DNA of 38,584 nucleotides from a virus (taxonomy: Duplodnaviria > Caudoviricetes): positions 1-38,584 of IMG/VR virus record IMGVR_UViG_3300020045_009961. One strand, written 5' to 3'. The notes beneath the pieces were generated by a model. It had not been told where the DNA came from and did no database searches. It was given only the letters and a program-made list of their open reading frames with translations. Shown piece after piece: positions 16,917-26,718 of the stretch. Numbering within the stretch: the stretch's first letter is position 1; the number at the start of each line of letters is the position of its first letter. Position numbers and translations under genes: made by a program.

Positions 16917-18689
16917 ATGTCAACGCATAGAAGACAGGCACAAGCCGAACAGGCAATAATTAAAATTGGGCTAACTGATTTTGAAGTAAAAAAAGATGAT
17001 GGCAGGATTTCAATGCCTCGCGGCGATGGTCGGAATCCAAAATGGTATTTGCTGATTAGCGGCAAGTATTACGGATGGGCTAGAACGCTCGATTTTCTTG
17101 TCGAATTAGCAGAAAAAGCGCAACGCGAATTTGAAGCTGAAATAGCAGAAGCAGATGATTTAGAAATGAATCAAGTCGCTCAGGAATTGCCTGAATGCGA
17201 CGGTTTTGAACTTAAAGCCGATTCTTCATTTAAAGAAGGAATGAGAGTTAAGGGCGTGTATTTCGGTCAAGAATACCGAGGATTAATAAATTCTGAAACA
17301 AGACCAACGCCAGATTATAAAAATATGCAGTTTTGCGTAACGCTTGATTCCGAGATAGTTGTTTTTGGAAAAACAAGACAGTTAATTACAGTTATAACAA
17401 ATAACGAAAACAATACTATTTTTGCTGTTGAAGAAACCGAAGAATTTGAAGCCGAGCAAGAATTAGCTGAATGTGATGAGGTTATTGCGGAGAAACCACT
17501 AAAAATCAGTGTTGTTTTTACCGCAACAGATCGTGATTATAAATTACTCGATAAAAAAATAGTCGAGTACGAAATAAAATCGGTGGCTGATTTAACTCGC
17601 GGCGAAATTGAATGGAAACGAGATTTTGATGAGTTTCGCAAACATTACAAAACACCCGCTGGATTCCCCTCTGAGTTTTTAACCGATTTCAATTTTCATG
17701 CCCCAGTAGACCAAAAAGAGCGGATGCTGAAAGCTGGATTTCAAAGAGGGTCAACCCCTAATATGCTTAGGTTTACTATTATAAATTTTCATACGGTAAT
17801 GCTCGATGCGCCTGCAAGCGATATTTGCGAGGATTTTAATGATGAACCCACCATACCAGAACAAATCGCATTAGCAGAAAAAGAGGTTATTGCGGAAGCA
17901 GAAACGCTAACACGCGCCACTAACATCTCAAGAAAAATAACATACAACAGCGGCGCATGGATTGAAATAAACTATCTTGAAAATGTCGCAACAGTTAGCG
18001 ACCCTGAAAACTCAGATTTAGTAGAGCTGGCACGGCTGATTTTGACGGGTTTTGAAGAGTGCAACAAGGCAGTTGATTTACAATCTAAATTCGCTAAATG
18101 TGACGATGCCATCATCAATACGACATTTGCTGTGCATCGCGTCGAAAGCACTGATGATTGTGATGTTATGGTTTATGAGGTCTACAATAATTGGCTTGAG
18201 CGTTACGAAACAAACAGCGAATTTAAAACGCAAAAAGAAGCCGCCGATAGAATGAGCGAGATTGTTACTGAGTACAATCAAGAATCAATACAACCAACCA
18301 TCACCTACATAGCAAAGCCACAAGACCCACGCTTCTTATGGTGGTGCGTACAAGTACCAGAAGACCAAGAATTAGACGGAAAAAGAATAAACGCGCCCTT
18401 TCTAAAGAAAGGTACTGACCTAGAGTTAAAACTAGGTGATATGCTAATCGATAGTGAAGCTAATCATCATAGAAAAAATCGCGGATTTAGCGTGGTGCTT
18501 ATCGTGTGTGATGGCGAAAAAATCAGATACATACACCCTATGGCACAGCGCAAAGCCTTCATAAAAGCAAACGGCGGGCATGACCTAATGCACGAATCTG
18601 GTGATGTTAATGGGTGTATTAGAATGGCGGTTTGGTTGCGTAGACAGCCAGACATGAAATTGGCGATTGAGCAACTTTTAAAGGCGTAG
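16917..18689 (+). CDS. Large mosaic multi-domain early protein
   Basis: 590-aa ORF, GGAGG RBS, small domains joined by repeated acidic linkers. Confidence 0.8.
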   Translation: MSTHRRQAQAEQAIIKIGLTDFEVKKDDGRISMPRGDGRNPKWYLLISGKYYGWARTLDFLVELAEKAQREFEAEIAEADDLEMNQVAQELPECDGFELKADSSFKEGMRVKGVYFGQEYRGLINSETRPTPDYKNMQFCVTLDSEIVVFGKTRQLITVITNNENNTIFAVEETEEFEAEQELAECDEVIAEKPLKISVVFTATDRDYKLLDKKIVEYEIKSVADLTRGEIEWKRDFDEFRKHYKTPAGFPSEFLTDFNFHAPVDQKERMLKAGFQRGSTPNMLRFTIINFHTVMLDAPASDICEDFNDEPTIPEQIALAEKEVIAEAETLTRATNISRKITYNSGAWIEINYLENVATVSDPENSDLVELARLILTGFEECNKAVDLQSKFAKCDDAIINTTFAVHRVESTDDCDVMVYEVYNNWLERYETNSEFKTQKEAADRMSEIVTEYNQESIQPTITYIAKPQDPRFLWWCVQVPEDQELDGKRINAPFLKKGTDLELKLGDMLIDSEANHHRKNRGFSVVLIVCDGEKIRYIHPMAQRKAFIKANGGHDLMHESGDVNGCIRMAVWLRRQPDMKLAIEQLLKA

Positions 18690-18697
18690 GTGCAACT

Positions 18698-18853
18698 ATG
18701 AAACCATCACTATTGCTAACAATCATGTGCTTTGTCTGTACATGGATAGGCGCAACACAACACGCTATACAGAACACGTTTGATTTAAGCGAGATGCTAG
18801 ACCTGCACATTGCCGCGATTGAACCAGAGCGTATGCCATTAAGACGGCATTAA
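18698..18853 (+). CDS. Small protein with hydrophobic N-terminus (51 aa)
   Basis: MKPSLLLTIMCFVCTWIGA... Confidence 0.45.
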   Translation: MKPSLLLTIMCFVCTWIGATQHAIQNTFDLSEMLDLHIAAIEPERMPLRRH

Positions 18854-18934
18854 GAAATTCAGCGGCGCGTCCGCTGCTTACCACTAGCCCGCGCGAAACA
18901 ACGCGGGCATTTTTTACAACAATGAGGATTTACA

Positions 18935-19123
18935 ATGAAAAAAGGCTTTAAAAATATAACTGCAATGATGGCGGCTTTGGCTGGATTGTCAGGAGCGCAA
19001 GCGATTTTATCCACGCCGATACTGAAAAAAGATAAGCAAAAATCAGCAAGACGATACGGAAAAACAGCCGCCGTGAAACGTGCCGCCGCTAAAAAGCGCA
19101 ATATCAAAAGAAGCAAACGCTAG
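18935..19123 (+). CDS. Highly basic small protein
   Basis: GAGG RBS; K/R-rich C-terminus. Confidence 0.6.
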   Translation: MKKGFKNITAMMAALAGLSGAQAILSTPILKKDKQKSARRYGKTAAVKRAAAKKRNIKRSKR

Positions 19124-19264
19124 CAATCAAAGCCGCCATTGCGATAATGGCGGTAATCACTCAGGAGAATGTCATGCCGCACAATAAAGAACCACACCGC
19201 CGCAAAGCTAAAATGCTTGTACACGCTGTAATAAACAACCCGATACCGTACTGGCTTAGCCAGT

Positions 19265-19534
19265 GTGGCAAAAACCGCAATTATCAATCAGGCGGGGTGT
19301 ATCGTGGCTAAAAAAATAATAATCACGACTTCAAAAGAATTTAATATTCTTGATTTTTTTGACTCTCCCAAAGAATGGGAGTCGCTTAGCGATGAAGACA
19401 TTAAAGACCTTATTGACAGCCTTAGCTCAGACATACAGTTTATTGCTTGTGTAAACAATGGTAGTGATGATTTTGCAGACGTAAGCGGAACAGTGGAAAT
19501 GTCTGAATTTTGTTATGGAGATGAAAATGAGTGA
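19265..19534 (+). CDS. Acidic hypothetical protein (start uncertain)
   Basis: ORF track; co-oriented with neighbours. Confidence 0.5.
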   Translation: MAKTAIINQAGCIVAKKIIITTSKEFNILDFFDSPKEWESLSDEDIKDLIDSLSSDIQFIACVNNGSDDFADVSGTVEMSEFCYGDENE

Positions 19535-19697
19535 TGATAACGGGCTTGACGTGGTTGATGATGTAACAATCACACGCGAGAAATATGAGTGGTTTGTGCG
19601 AATGACTACTCCGCAACCGATTGAGACTGCTCCTAAACGTGGAAAAAATATACTGCTATCAAACGGTCTTTGCTTGCTCATAAATCACCAACCTTAA
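19527..19697 (+). pseudogene. Truncated DUF551-like gene
   Basis: TTPQPIETAPKRGKNILL then loses similarity; lacks the WxPLP end of paralogue 6288-6602. Confidence 0.5.
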
Positions 19698-19848
19698 AAA
19701 ACCATCCAAAAGCCTCAAAGTGCCTTGAGTTGCGTTGACTAAATAACAGCGGATGCAGTGACACTTTCTTAATCATCAAATGCTTTTGATTATTGATGAC
19801 TAAATTTAAGAATCCTTTTTCTGCAATTATCGTGATATTAATTCTCAT
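19678..19848 (-). CDS. Small hypothetical protein in inverted block (56 aa)
   Basis: ATGA overlaps at both ends. Confidence 0.5.
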   Translation of the reverse strand: MRINITIIAEKGFLNLVINNQKHLMIKKVSLHPLLFSQRNSRHFEAFGWFFKVGDL

Positions 19849-20036
19849 GATTCATCCGATGGCAATGGTAGCCATTTTTTATAATTGTCGCGCTCAAATT
19901 CAGCCACAAGGCATATACTAAAAACTTTACCATTATTTTTAGTCACCATAATGTCAACAAGCAACGGCGCGTCTTTCATATCCCGCCACGGCGCAAAATC
20001 CCACCATTCGGCGGCGGTTAGCGGAGTCAAATAATC
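19845..20036 (-). pseudogene. 5'-truncated DUF551-like fragment
   Basis: WRDMKDAP...KWLPLP; no convincing start or RBS. Confidence 0.5.
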
Positions 20037-20163
20037 ATGATGATGAAAGGAATTGAAGATGCCGACAGAAAAGAAAACTGGAATCTTTATAAAGAACTAA
20101 AGGAAAAATCAAGTTTTTATCGATGTTACGATGAAGCTAAATCAATGTTGAAATGAGGTTGTT

Positions 20164-20319
20164 ATGAAGACAGATAGAGAAGCAGAAGAAATGCTATGTG
20201 CAATCCCGCAAGAAATGACTTTCGGAAACGATTCATATCAAGAAGGTGTTCAAGATGCGCTGAGATGGTTTTTGGGAGAGCTTAGTGATAATGAATTACT
20301 AACTGGGGACGAGGATTAA
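20164..20319 (+). CDS. Small acidic protein (51 aa)
   Basis: GAGG RBS; SYQEGVQDALRWFLGE. Confidence 0.55.
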   Translation: MKTDREAEEMLCAIPQEMTFGNDSYQEGVQDALRWFLGELSDNELLTGDED

Positions 20320-20418
20320 ATAATCAGTTGTGTGCATACCTACACAGTTTAATCAACCGTGGCGGTATCACCACGGTTCAAGTTGTAGGTATATCGCTAC
20401 AACTGAACAAAGCACCGC

Positions 20419-20452
20419 AAACCCGCAAGCCGCAAGGATTAGCGGGTTTTTT
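20419..20452 (+). terminator. Intrinsic terminator where early and tail genes converge
   Basis: AAACCCGC..GCGGGTTTTTT; same stem and GTTGTCTAAA tail as 15197-15240. Confidence 0.8.
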
Positions 20453-20465
20453 GTTGTCTAAAATA

Positions 20466-21110
20466 TCAATAAGAAGCAGCACCGCCAGCCATTGCTTCCC
20501 CAACTTTTACAATAAGGTTGTCCATTGTACCTATAACACTACTATTAGTGCCTGGGAATCCTCCAGCATAACAATTTCCAGCGGAATAGATTTCATCTGA
20601 TACAGGATAGCTAGTTCCAAGTCTAACTCTATTTTTATAGAGATACAGCACATTGTTATGCCTCTCTATTGACACCTCTGTATCCGTGTTTAGCGGTACA
20701 TCAAAAAGTGATGTAGAGTTAGTAACTAAGAAGTTGGAAGAACCATCATTTGATAATCCGACATATAGCTTTCCTGTGCCAGTAATAGTTACTTGAATCC
20801 CCCATCCGTTATTAAAGCAGTTTTGATAGCTAGAGTTATTTGCGGTTGGATTGATGTTAAATCTAACGGTTAAGTTCTCCGCCCCAAAAGCTATAGGACT
20901 GCAACTATGGTGACAGTTAATCACCTTTGCATACAATCCTTTGTTGTTTGATATTGTCGCACCTCCACTAGCTGTTATTGTCTTAGCGGAAGGACTGCTA
21001 TCGACAGGAACTGACCCATCAGCTCCATTAAAAGTTAGCCACAGTTTAGTTGTCGAGCTGCGCGACTTTGCCGACCTTGTGCGGTTTTTACTAGCAAAAG
21101 TAATTCCCAT
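20466..21110 (-). CDS. LamG/concanavalin-like virion protein
   Basis: LWLTFNGADGS..DSS, VSIERHNNVLYLYKN, GTMDNLIVKVG. Confidence 0.7.
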   Translation of the reverse strand: MGITFASKNRTRSAKSRSSTTKLWLTFNGADGSVPVDSSPSAKTITASGGATISNNKGLYAKVINCHHSCSPIAFGAENLTVRFNINPTANNSSYQNCFNNGWGIQVTITGTGKLYVGLSNDGSSNFLVTNSTSLFDVPLNTDTEVSIERHNNVLYLYKNRVRLGTSYPVSDEIYSAGNCYAGGFPGTNSSVIGTMDNLIVKVGEAMAGGAASY

Positions 21111-21805
21111 TACCAAACTCCGTGAATTTTATCGACAATTTTTGTTAGGGTTATAACGGTGTAGCCTGTAGTAACTAACGTAGGCTCACTTAATCCAGAA
21201 TCCCAAACAACTCCCAAAGCACTCCAGTTGATAGTATGTCCACCCCCGTCACTAACGTACAAAGATACACTTTGTCCGCTCTCCCAATTCTCCGCAACAG
21301 GTGTTGGGTTTGAAGTAAGATTAATCGTTTGAATGCCTCCATTGTTTGGGTCTATAATAAATGCAACACTAGGAACAATCGGATATACGGTTTCTTTTAC
21401 TGCTTTAAAGGTCTGTGTGACTGAAAATGTATTCTTTGCCGCTAAAGATGGTATCCTTCTGAACGTCCAAGTAGCTTCTGCGTATAGAAAAACAGCCATT
21501 TGTTGAGGGAGTATTGTAACTAAGGTTGAGCCACCACCTGCTGTACGGATTACTGCGTTATAGGCAGACTCATTAAAAAATACAATATCCCAACCATCAG
21601 TCATATCAGAGGGCAAATCAATATTTGCATCTGCAAAAAGAACACATCTCTGATAGCGCATAGAATCCGCAGTTAGTTGTTGGCTGCTTGTTAGGATTCC
21701 TGCGTAACTGTCACGCGCTATCACTCTCAAACTAGCATCGCTAATCGCCTCATCTAATTTAGCTAAAGTAACTGGATTAGGTATATCTGGATTATTTACG
21801 CTCAT
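21110..21805 (-). CDS. Putative fibre/virion accessory protein
   Basis: IDPNNGGIQTINL...INWS..VVW...PTL fibre-tip-like domain; position. Confidence 0.55.
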   Translation of the reverse strand: MSVNNPDIPNPVTLAKLDEAISDASLRVIARDSYAGILTSSQQLTADSMRYQRCVLFADANIDLPSDMTDGWDIVFFNESAYNAVIRTAGGGSTLVTILPQQMAVFLYAEATWTFRRIPSLAAKNTFSVTQTFKAVKETVYPIVPSVAFIIDPNNGGIQTINLTSNPTPVAENWESGQSVSLYVSDGGGHTINWSALGVVWDSGLSEPTLVTTGYTVITLTKIVDKIHGVW

Positions 21806-21808
21806 AAA

Positions 21809-23233
21809 TTACTCTTTTAGCTCAACAAAGTTAATAACTGCTTTTACTATCACGCCTGACGCGGATGATGCGCTGATTGTTAATGTTTCTTCGGGTTCTA
21901 AATAAATTGGGTCTTCTGTGCTAACAGTAAAATTATATTGACTGCCACGCGCTAAAGACAATTCAGGATAAGGAATGATAGCCGTGTTTACTGTTCCTGC
22001 AACATCACGACTGGCACACGACACTCCTGCTTCAATTTCAGCCCACGATGGACTGCCTGTCACCGCGTCACTACGCACATAAATATCGACAACGTTACTA
22101 CCTGTTCCCTCGGTAGACAGACTGACACTGATAATTTTAATTCGTCCGTGATTTAACCGCCCTTGAAACGTGCGATTATTGCGCAATGACACCACAACGG
22201 CTTCCGCTGTAATAGCTGATTTTGAATTTTTAACCGATTTTCTAACGCCTAAATCAATTGTGCTGCTGCCAGCTAAACCCGCAAACAACGATGCGCATTT
22301 GACTGTTCGTGCCGTATTGTTCGTAGTGTTTTCGCAATAAACAGTGACAGCTAAAGACGGATTTGAAAGACTTGGCACAGTGTACAAATTGGCATAACGC
22401 ACAATGTCGAATTGATGAAATTTGCCGTTATTTAGCACGAAAGCTGATATATCGCCATAGCCAAGATATGGAATATGCAGCATCCATACGTTGCCTTTTG
22501 TTCTGTCAAGATTCATTTTACTCGCGCCCGTACCGTCCAAACGGTCAATCGCGTTAGTCAATGGGTAGCACTCAATAGCAACCTTTACGCACTGCATTGA
22601 TTTACCGCTATAAGCCGTTGCTGGTGATACTGTCGCCGCGTCAACAGCGTAAGTAAATGCGTTTGCACCCGTGACAGTTACCCGCTTTACTTGGATATAA
22701 CCATCCTGAGCGGTATTGCGTATCGACACCATGTCACCGTTGGGGATATTATGCGGTAATGTGGTCGTGACTGTTGCCAATCCACCAGTTTGAGTAATGC
22801 TTGCTATTGCTATTGGTGTTCCACTGGCTTTGCCGTGGATAATCCCAAATAGCAATCCGTAGTAACCAATCCCCCATGCGTCCTCGTTGGCACTTGCCCC
22901 AACCATCTCAAGTATGCCCGCTGCACCGTTGGCTTCAAAGAGCGTGGTAAACCGCAAAATAATCGACTGCCCAGCGCGGTAGCGAATATGCTTTTTACCG
23001 TAATAAGCGGCGATAGCATTTTGAGCAGCCCCACTTGTTGCGATAATTTGATTATTGGCAAATGTTATTGCCCCGCCGCCAGCCTCTGTTTTCGTAAAGT
23101 GTTCAGCGTCATGATATTCGTGATTAAACGTGTGCTGTATGCTGGGAATGACACCAACGCTAATCTGTTCAGCAAACCCGCTAAAATTACTTTCTGATAA
23201 TGCCACGCCATCGTCTGGATTAGATACGCCCAT
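21809..23233 (-). CDS. Putative virion structural protein with small beta-barrel insert
   Basis: RYRAGQS; ATVTTTLPHN..GDMVSI...VTVTGANAFTY insert; position. Confidence 0.55.
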   Translation of the reverse strand: MGVSNPDDGVALSESNFSGFAEQISVGVIPSIQHTFNHEYHDAEHFTKTEAGGGAITFANNQIIATSGAAQNAIAAYYGKKHIRYRAGQSIILRFTTLFEANGAAGILEMVGASANEDAWGIGYYGLLFGIIHGKASGTPIAIASITQTGGLATVTTTLPHNIPNGDMVSIRNTAQDGYIQVKRVTVTGANAFTYAVDAATVSPATAYSGKSMQCVKVAIECYPLTNAIDRLDGTGASKMNLDRTKGNVWMLHIPYLGYGDISAFVLNNGKFHQFDIVRYANLYTVPSLSNPSLAVTVYCENTTNNTARTVKCASLFAGLAGSSTIDLGVRKSVKNSKSAITAEAVVVSLRNNRTFQGRLNHGRIKIISVSLSTEGTGSNVVDIYVRSDAVTGSPSWAEIEAGVSCASRDVAGTVNTAIIPYPELSLARGSQYNFTVSTEDPIYLEPEETLTISASSASGVIVKAVINFVELKE

Positions 23234-23236
23234 GAT

Positions 23237-23959
23237 TTACCACCACTTACAGGTAAAAGCCTTGCCAGTGGTTGCACAAAGAATACTAATTTCTTGACTG
23301 TCTTTTGCTCCGTGGTCGGTTACATAAGTGCCACCCGCTCTAATCAAAAAAGAACCCGCGCCAGTGGTTGCCGTGCCTGTCGGGTTTAGATACATATCGG
23401 TATCGCTGATATTCATAAAGCTAACCCCAGTCCGTGAGGCGTTGGCAACTAAAAGAGCCTGTGCAGTTCCACCTAGCGTTATGGTGCTGGACGCATCTGT
23501 GTATGTTTTAGGTGTTAGTAGCGTTGTTAGGTCATCTTGTTTTGCGGATGTTGCCAAGCCTAAGCTCTGCATTTGCGCCAAAGTAATTGCACCACCACCC
23601 ATATCAACAACATAGTTATCGACAGGACTGGGAATAACTATGTCAATCCATCCACGCCAACGCTTAGTGTAAGGAGTCCCGACTCCAGTTGTAGTGTTTA
23701 GCAAAACATACGATACGATAATGTCATCAACTACCGCATCAGTAAAAGCCTGTATCACCTTAAACCATGTAAACGGGACTTCTGTATCATTCTTTAAAAG
23801 CCCGTTTGTATTGGCTTCTATATCGGCAAGTAGCGCGGTTTGCGCTTCTTGTTCCGTAAGTGTTGCACCCTCCGACACAACACCGTCACTACCCACCACA
23901 ACCACATTTTGCGCTACTTTTCCATCCGCTAAAATTGTTTCTGAAGCTTCAATTGTCAT
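23237..23959 (-). CDS. Putative virion structural protein
   Basis: LLVANASRTGVSFMNISDTDMY beta-sandwich-like C-terminus; position. Confidence 0.55.
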   Translation of the reverse strand: MTIEASETILADGKVAQNVVVVGSDGVVSEGATLTEQEAQTALLADIEANTNGLLKNDTEVPFTWFKVIQAFTDAVVDDIIVSYVLLNTTTGVGTPYTKRWRGWIDIVIPSPVDNYVVDMGGGAITLAQMQSLGLATSAKQDDLTTLLTPKTYTDASSTITLGGTAQALLVANASRTGVSFMNISDTDMYLNPTGTATTGAGSFLIRAGGTYVTDHGAKDSQEISILCATTGKAFTCKWW

Positions 23960-23979
23960 AATATTTTCCTGTTTAAATT

Positions 23980-25215
23980 TTAACTATCTTCCCAGCCTGT
24001 GATAATAATCGCGCCGTCATTTGACTGTACGATTGCCGCAATACTTGTTGACTCTAAGTCTAGCTGGTATGGCATATTTACCACCACTTGAAAGCCAAGC
24101 CACGAGGGTTCTACCCATAGCATATTAGATGCTGGTGGCGGATTTGTTGATATTACCGCCCCATACGCGGTATTGGGTGCGACTTGAACGTAACTTGACC
24201 CCATGCCCGTACCGTCCGTTGTTCCTAATAACGACCCCTTTATTACTGTAGCAGTCGGTGGCACAAAATTAGCAACCGACAAAGCAGAATAAACGCATGA
24301 TGTATAGCCAAATGTGCCAGTTGCCGTACTTATCAGAATAACAGCGTCAGGAACATTAGACCCCGCCGCTACTTTATAAGTCACGTTTCTACCCTTTTGA
24401 CTAAAGCTAAGCGGGTATTTATTTGCTGTGCCGTCCGTGCGAATCCAACCAACACGCGCAAAGTGCGTGTAGCCCGTTGGCAGTGTTGGGTTTGTTGCTG
24501 ATAATGACATTAAAGACGCTTTTGTATTGGTGTCAACGTCATAAATAACATACACAGCATACCAAGTATTAGCCGCCAGTGTTCCAGAGTCCAAACCATT
24601 AACACCACTTGCCGCACTATTAAGCGTGTAATTGCCGCTAAGCAAAAGTTTCCTGTTAGTACCGCTTTTAACGATTAACTCAGAGTAAGTGATAACAGTA
24701 TTTGCATTTGTGCCTGTTGCTGATAACTTGAGGTTATCAGCTTGGCGGCTAATAGATGGTGCGTTATCCGCAGTAAGATAATCCCCTGCCAGTGCAAAAT
24801 CATCAGCGTGAAGCCCGTCCACTGTATCGGCATTGCCACCATCACCAATTAATAGCCACCCTGTCATATCAGTGTTGGGGTTATTGGTATTATTGTCGAT
24901 AGTCGATAAAAACAGCCTGTTGTTATCATTGCGCTGTATTACCGCGCCCAATGGATAACCGCCTATGGCAGTGCTAAACGTACCATCATGCTTGTAATGT
25001 TTGCCAGCAAAAAACGATATACACGCTTGACTAATGCGCTTTAGAATCCCGTTAAAATCAATTCTAAATGGTGGCGCGTCAACCTGCGTTTCGGTCGGGA
25101 AACCAGCATTCCATCCCGCCCTGCCCGTGTCGTTCGTGTCCAGAATATCAGCCGCATCACCTGTATCGGCAAAGGGTTTGGTCATTTTTGTAATTGCGTT
25201 AAAATCTATTGTCAT
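23980..25215 (-). CDS. Tail fibre protein
   Basis: N-terminus GFP..T..PP.R.DFNGIL...IGGYPLGA...STIDNNTNNP typical of Bcep781/PB1-type fibres; NADTVDGLHA. Confidence 0.8.
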   Translation of the reverse strand: MTIDFNAITKMTKPFADTGDAADILDTNDTGRAGWNAGFPTETQVDAPPFRIDFNGILKRISQACISFFAGKHYKHDGTFSTAIGGYPLGAVIQRNDNNRLFLSTIDNNTNNPNTDMTGWLLIGDGGNADTVDGLHADDFALAGDYLTADNAPSISRQADNLKLSATGTNANTVITYSELIVKSGTNRKLLLSGNYTLNSAASGVNGLDSGTLAANTWYAVYVIYDVDTNTKASLMSLSATNPTLPTGYTHFARVGWIRTDGTANKYPLSFSQKGRNVTYKVAAGSNVPDAVILISTATGTFGYTSCVYSALSVANFVPPTATVIKGSLLGTTDGTGMGSSYVQVAPNTAYGAVISTNPPPASNMLWVEPSWLGFQVVVNMPYQLDLESTSIAAIVQSNDGAIIITGWEDS

Positions 25216-25242
25216 GTTTATCCTTTAATAAATAGCCATCGG

Positions 25243-26718
25243 TTAATAAGCAACTCTAAGTCCTGAGTGCGTGATAACACCATATCCATAAATCGCCATA
25301 GCCGCGCTATTGCCGTCAGGGCTAACAATCACGCTTTGCGCATTACCCTGAGAGTCGCTAGTCCATGTCGCGCCTGAGTCGGTGGTAATATCCATTTTGT
25401 ACTCGCCAGCCACGATAATCACATCACCAGTCGAGCTACACGACAACGTATCACCACCTCCGATAGTAACGCCGCTTATTGCTGTTCGCGTATCACCTAG
25501 GTCAGTGCTTTTGTATAGCGTGCTGCCTACGGTGATTAATAGTCCTGAGCCGTCAGGTATGACGTGGCAACGGTTAGCTAATCCATGCTGTGTAAAAGTC
25601 GCGCCGCCGTCTGTGCTTGCCCATAGCTCATAAACAATCGGGTTCACACCATCAATGTATTGCGCTGTCACGGCAATAACACTATCATCAACTGCCCTGC
25701 TCAAATCAACAAAATAACGATTGCCACCGCTTGCTGATGGGGAAATTATCTCGCTGGTAATGCCGCCGCTCAGTAAAAGTAACGCAGAGCCGCCCGATGT
25801 GACAGCCGTTGTTAGAATAAAATCACTGTTGTTTTTTTGAATGAAATCGATTACTTCATAAGTTCCAACAGGCGGCACAGGAATTGCAGGAGTTATCGCA
25901 GGGTAAATATAAAAATACGGGTAACTTGCCCCGCCGCTTGTGTATGCTTTTAATGCTATATTTGCGTTCACATAAGCATCGTCAACCCCGATATAATCAT
26001 CCAAGGGATTCCATGTTATGCCGCTATCCGTACTTCCTGACAGTAAATTGCTATCACTCCAAGCAATGATATTTGAATAATCTGAGTTGGCAGAAACACC
26101 CATAGGGTTACTGACAAGAGTATCGCCGATATAAAACGGGCTTCTCAATATCCAAGTCTCTGGAACTACACGCACAGTCACATTCATTTTAACCCCCGCA
26201 GGACGCAACCCCAAAACATCGGACATAACCACGGCTAATTCCGTGCTACCCGCCCACAATGGATCAATTGATAGCGTGATAGTCATATCATAACCATCAA
26301 TCGCATAGCAGTCCACGTCCATAAATAACTCTAAAACAGCGTTAATATCAGGTATTGTACGCCCTGAACGGTTAGCCAACGCTTTGGCTTTTATGGCTTT
26401 ACGATAAATCGTATCACTCATTGTTACATTGCTTAAATCAGGCGTACCACCATAAAACGGCGCGTGATTAAATGGTGTAAATGGCGTATCTTTGAAGCCA
26501 AAATAATTATTACTTGGCAGTGCCACAGAACGCGGCATAGCGACAATTCGCCCCCATGCGTCTAACCACGCGCCGTCCGCTGTTTGGATATTAAAAAAAT
26601 GCGTGTAAATATCATCTAAAATGTATTGAGCATTAAACTCAATGGCTATGGCATTAGCAATCCGTGTTAGACTGAAATTGCGATTGAAAAAGGTGGATAG
26701 CGTCTTAAGGTTAGACAT
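25243..26718 (-). CDS. DUF2612-type baseplate wedge protein fused to an Asp-box beta-propeller
   Basis: TADGAWLDAWGRIV, YFGF...PFNHAPFY, RPAGV; then four (S/T)TDxGxT(W/F/R) repeats. Confidence 0.8.
   Translation of the reverse strand: MSNLKTLSTFFNRNFSLTRIANAIAIEFNAQYILDDIYTHFFNIQTADGAWLDAWGRIVAMPRSVALPSNNYFGFKDTPFTPFNHAPFYGGTPDLSNVTMSDTIYRKAIKAKALANRSGRTIPDINAVLELFMDVDCYAIDGYDMTITLSIDPLWAGSTELAVVMSDVLGLRPAGVKMNVTVRVVPETWILRSPFYIGDTLVSNPMGVSANSDYSNIIAWSDSNLLSGSTDSGITWNPLDDYIGVDDAYVNANIALKAYTSGGASYPYFYIYPAITPAIPVPPVGTYEVIDFIQKNNSDFILTTAVTSGGSALLLLSGGITSEIISPSASGGNRYFVDLSRAVDDSVIAVTAQYIDGVNPIVYELWASTDGGATFTQHGLANRCHVIPDGSGLLITVGSTLYKSTDLGDTRTAISGVTIGGGDTLSCSSTGDVIIVAGEYKMDITTDSGATWTSDSQGNAQSVIVSPDGNSAAMAIYGYGVITHSGLRVAY

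Noticed and set aside
20466-25215. Diversity-generating retroelement or invertible tail-fibre cassette
   Set aside because: No reverse transcriptase, invertase, TR/VR repeat pair or flanking inverted repeats seen
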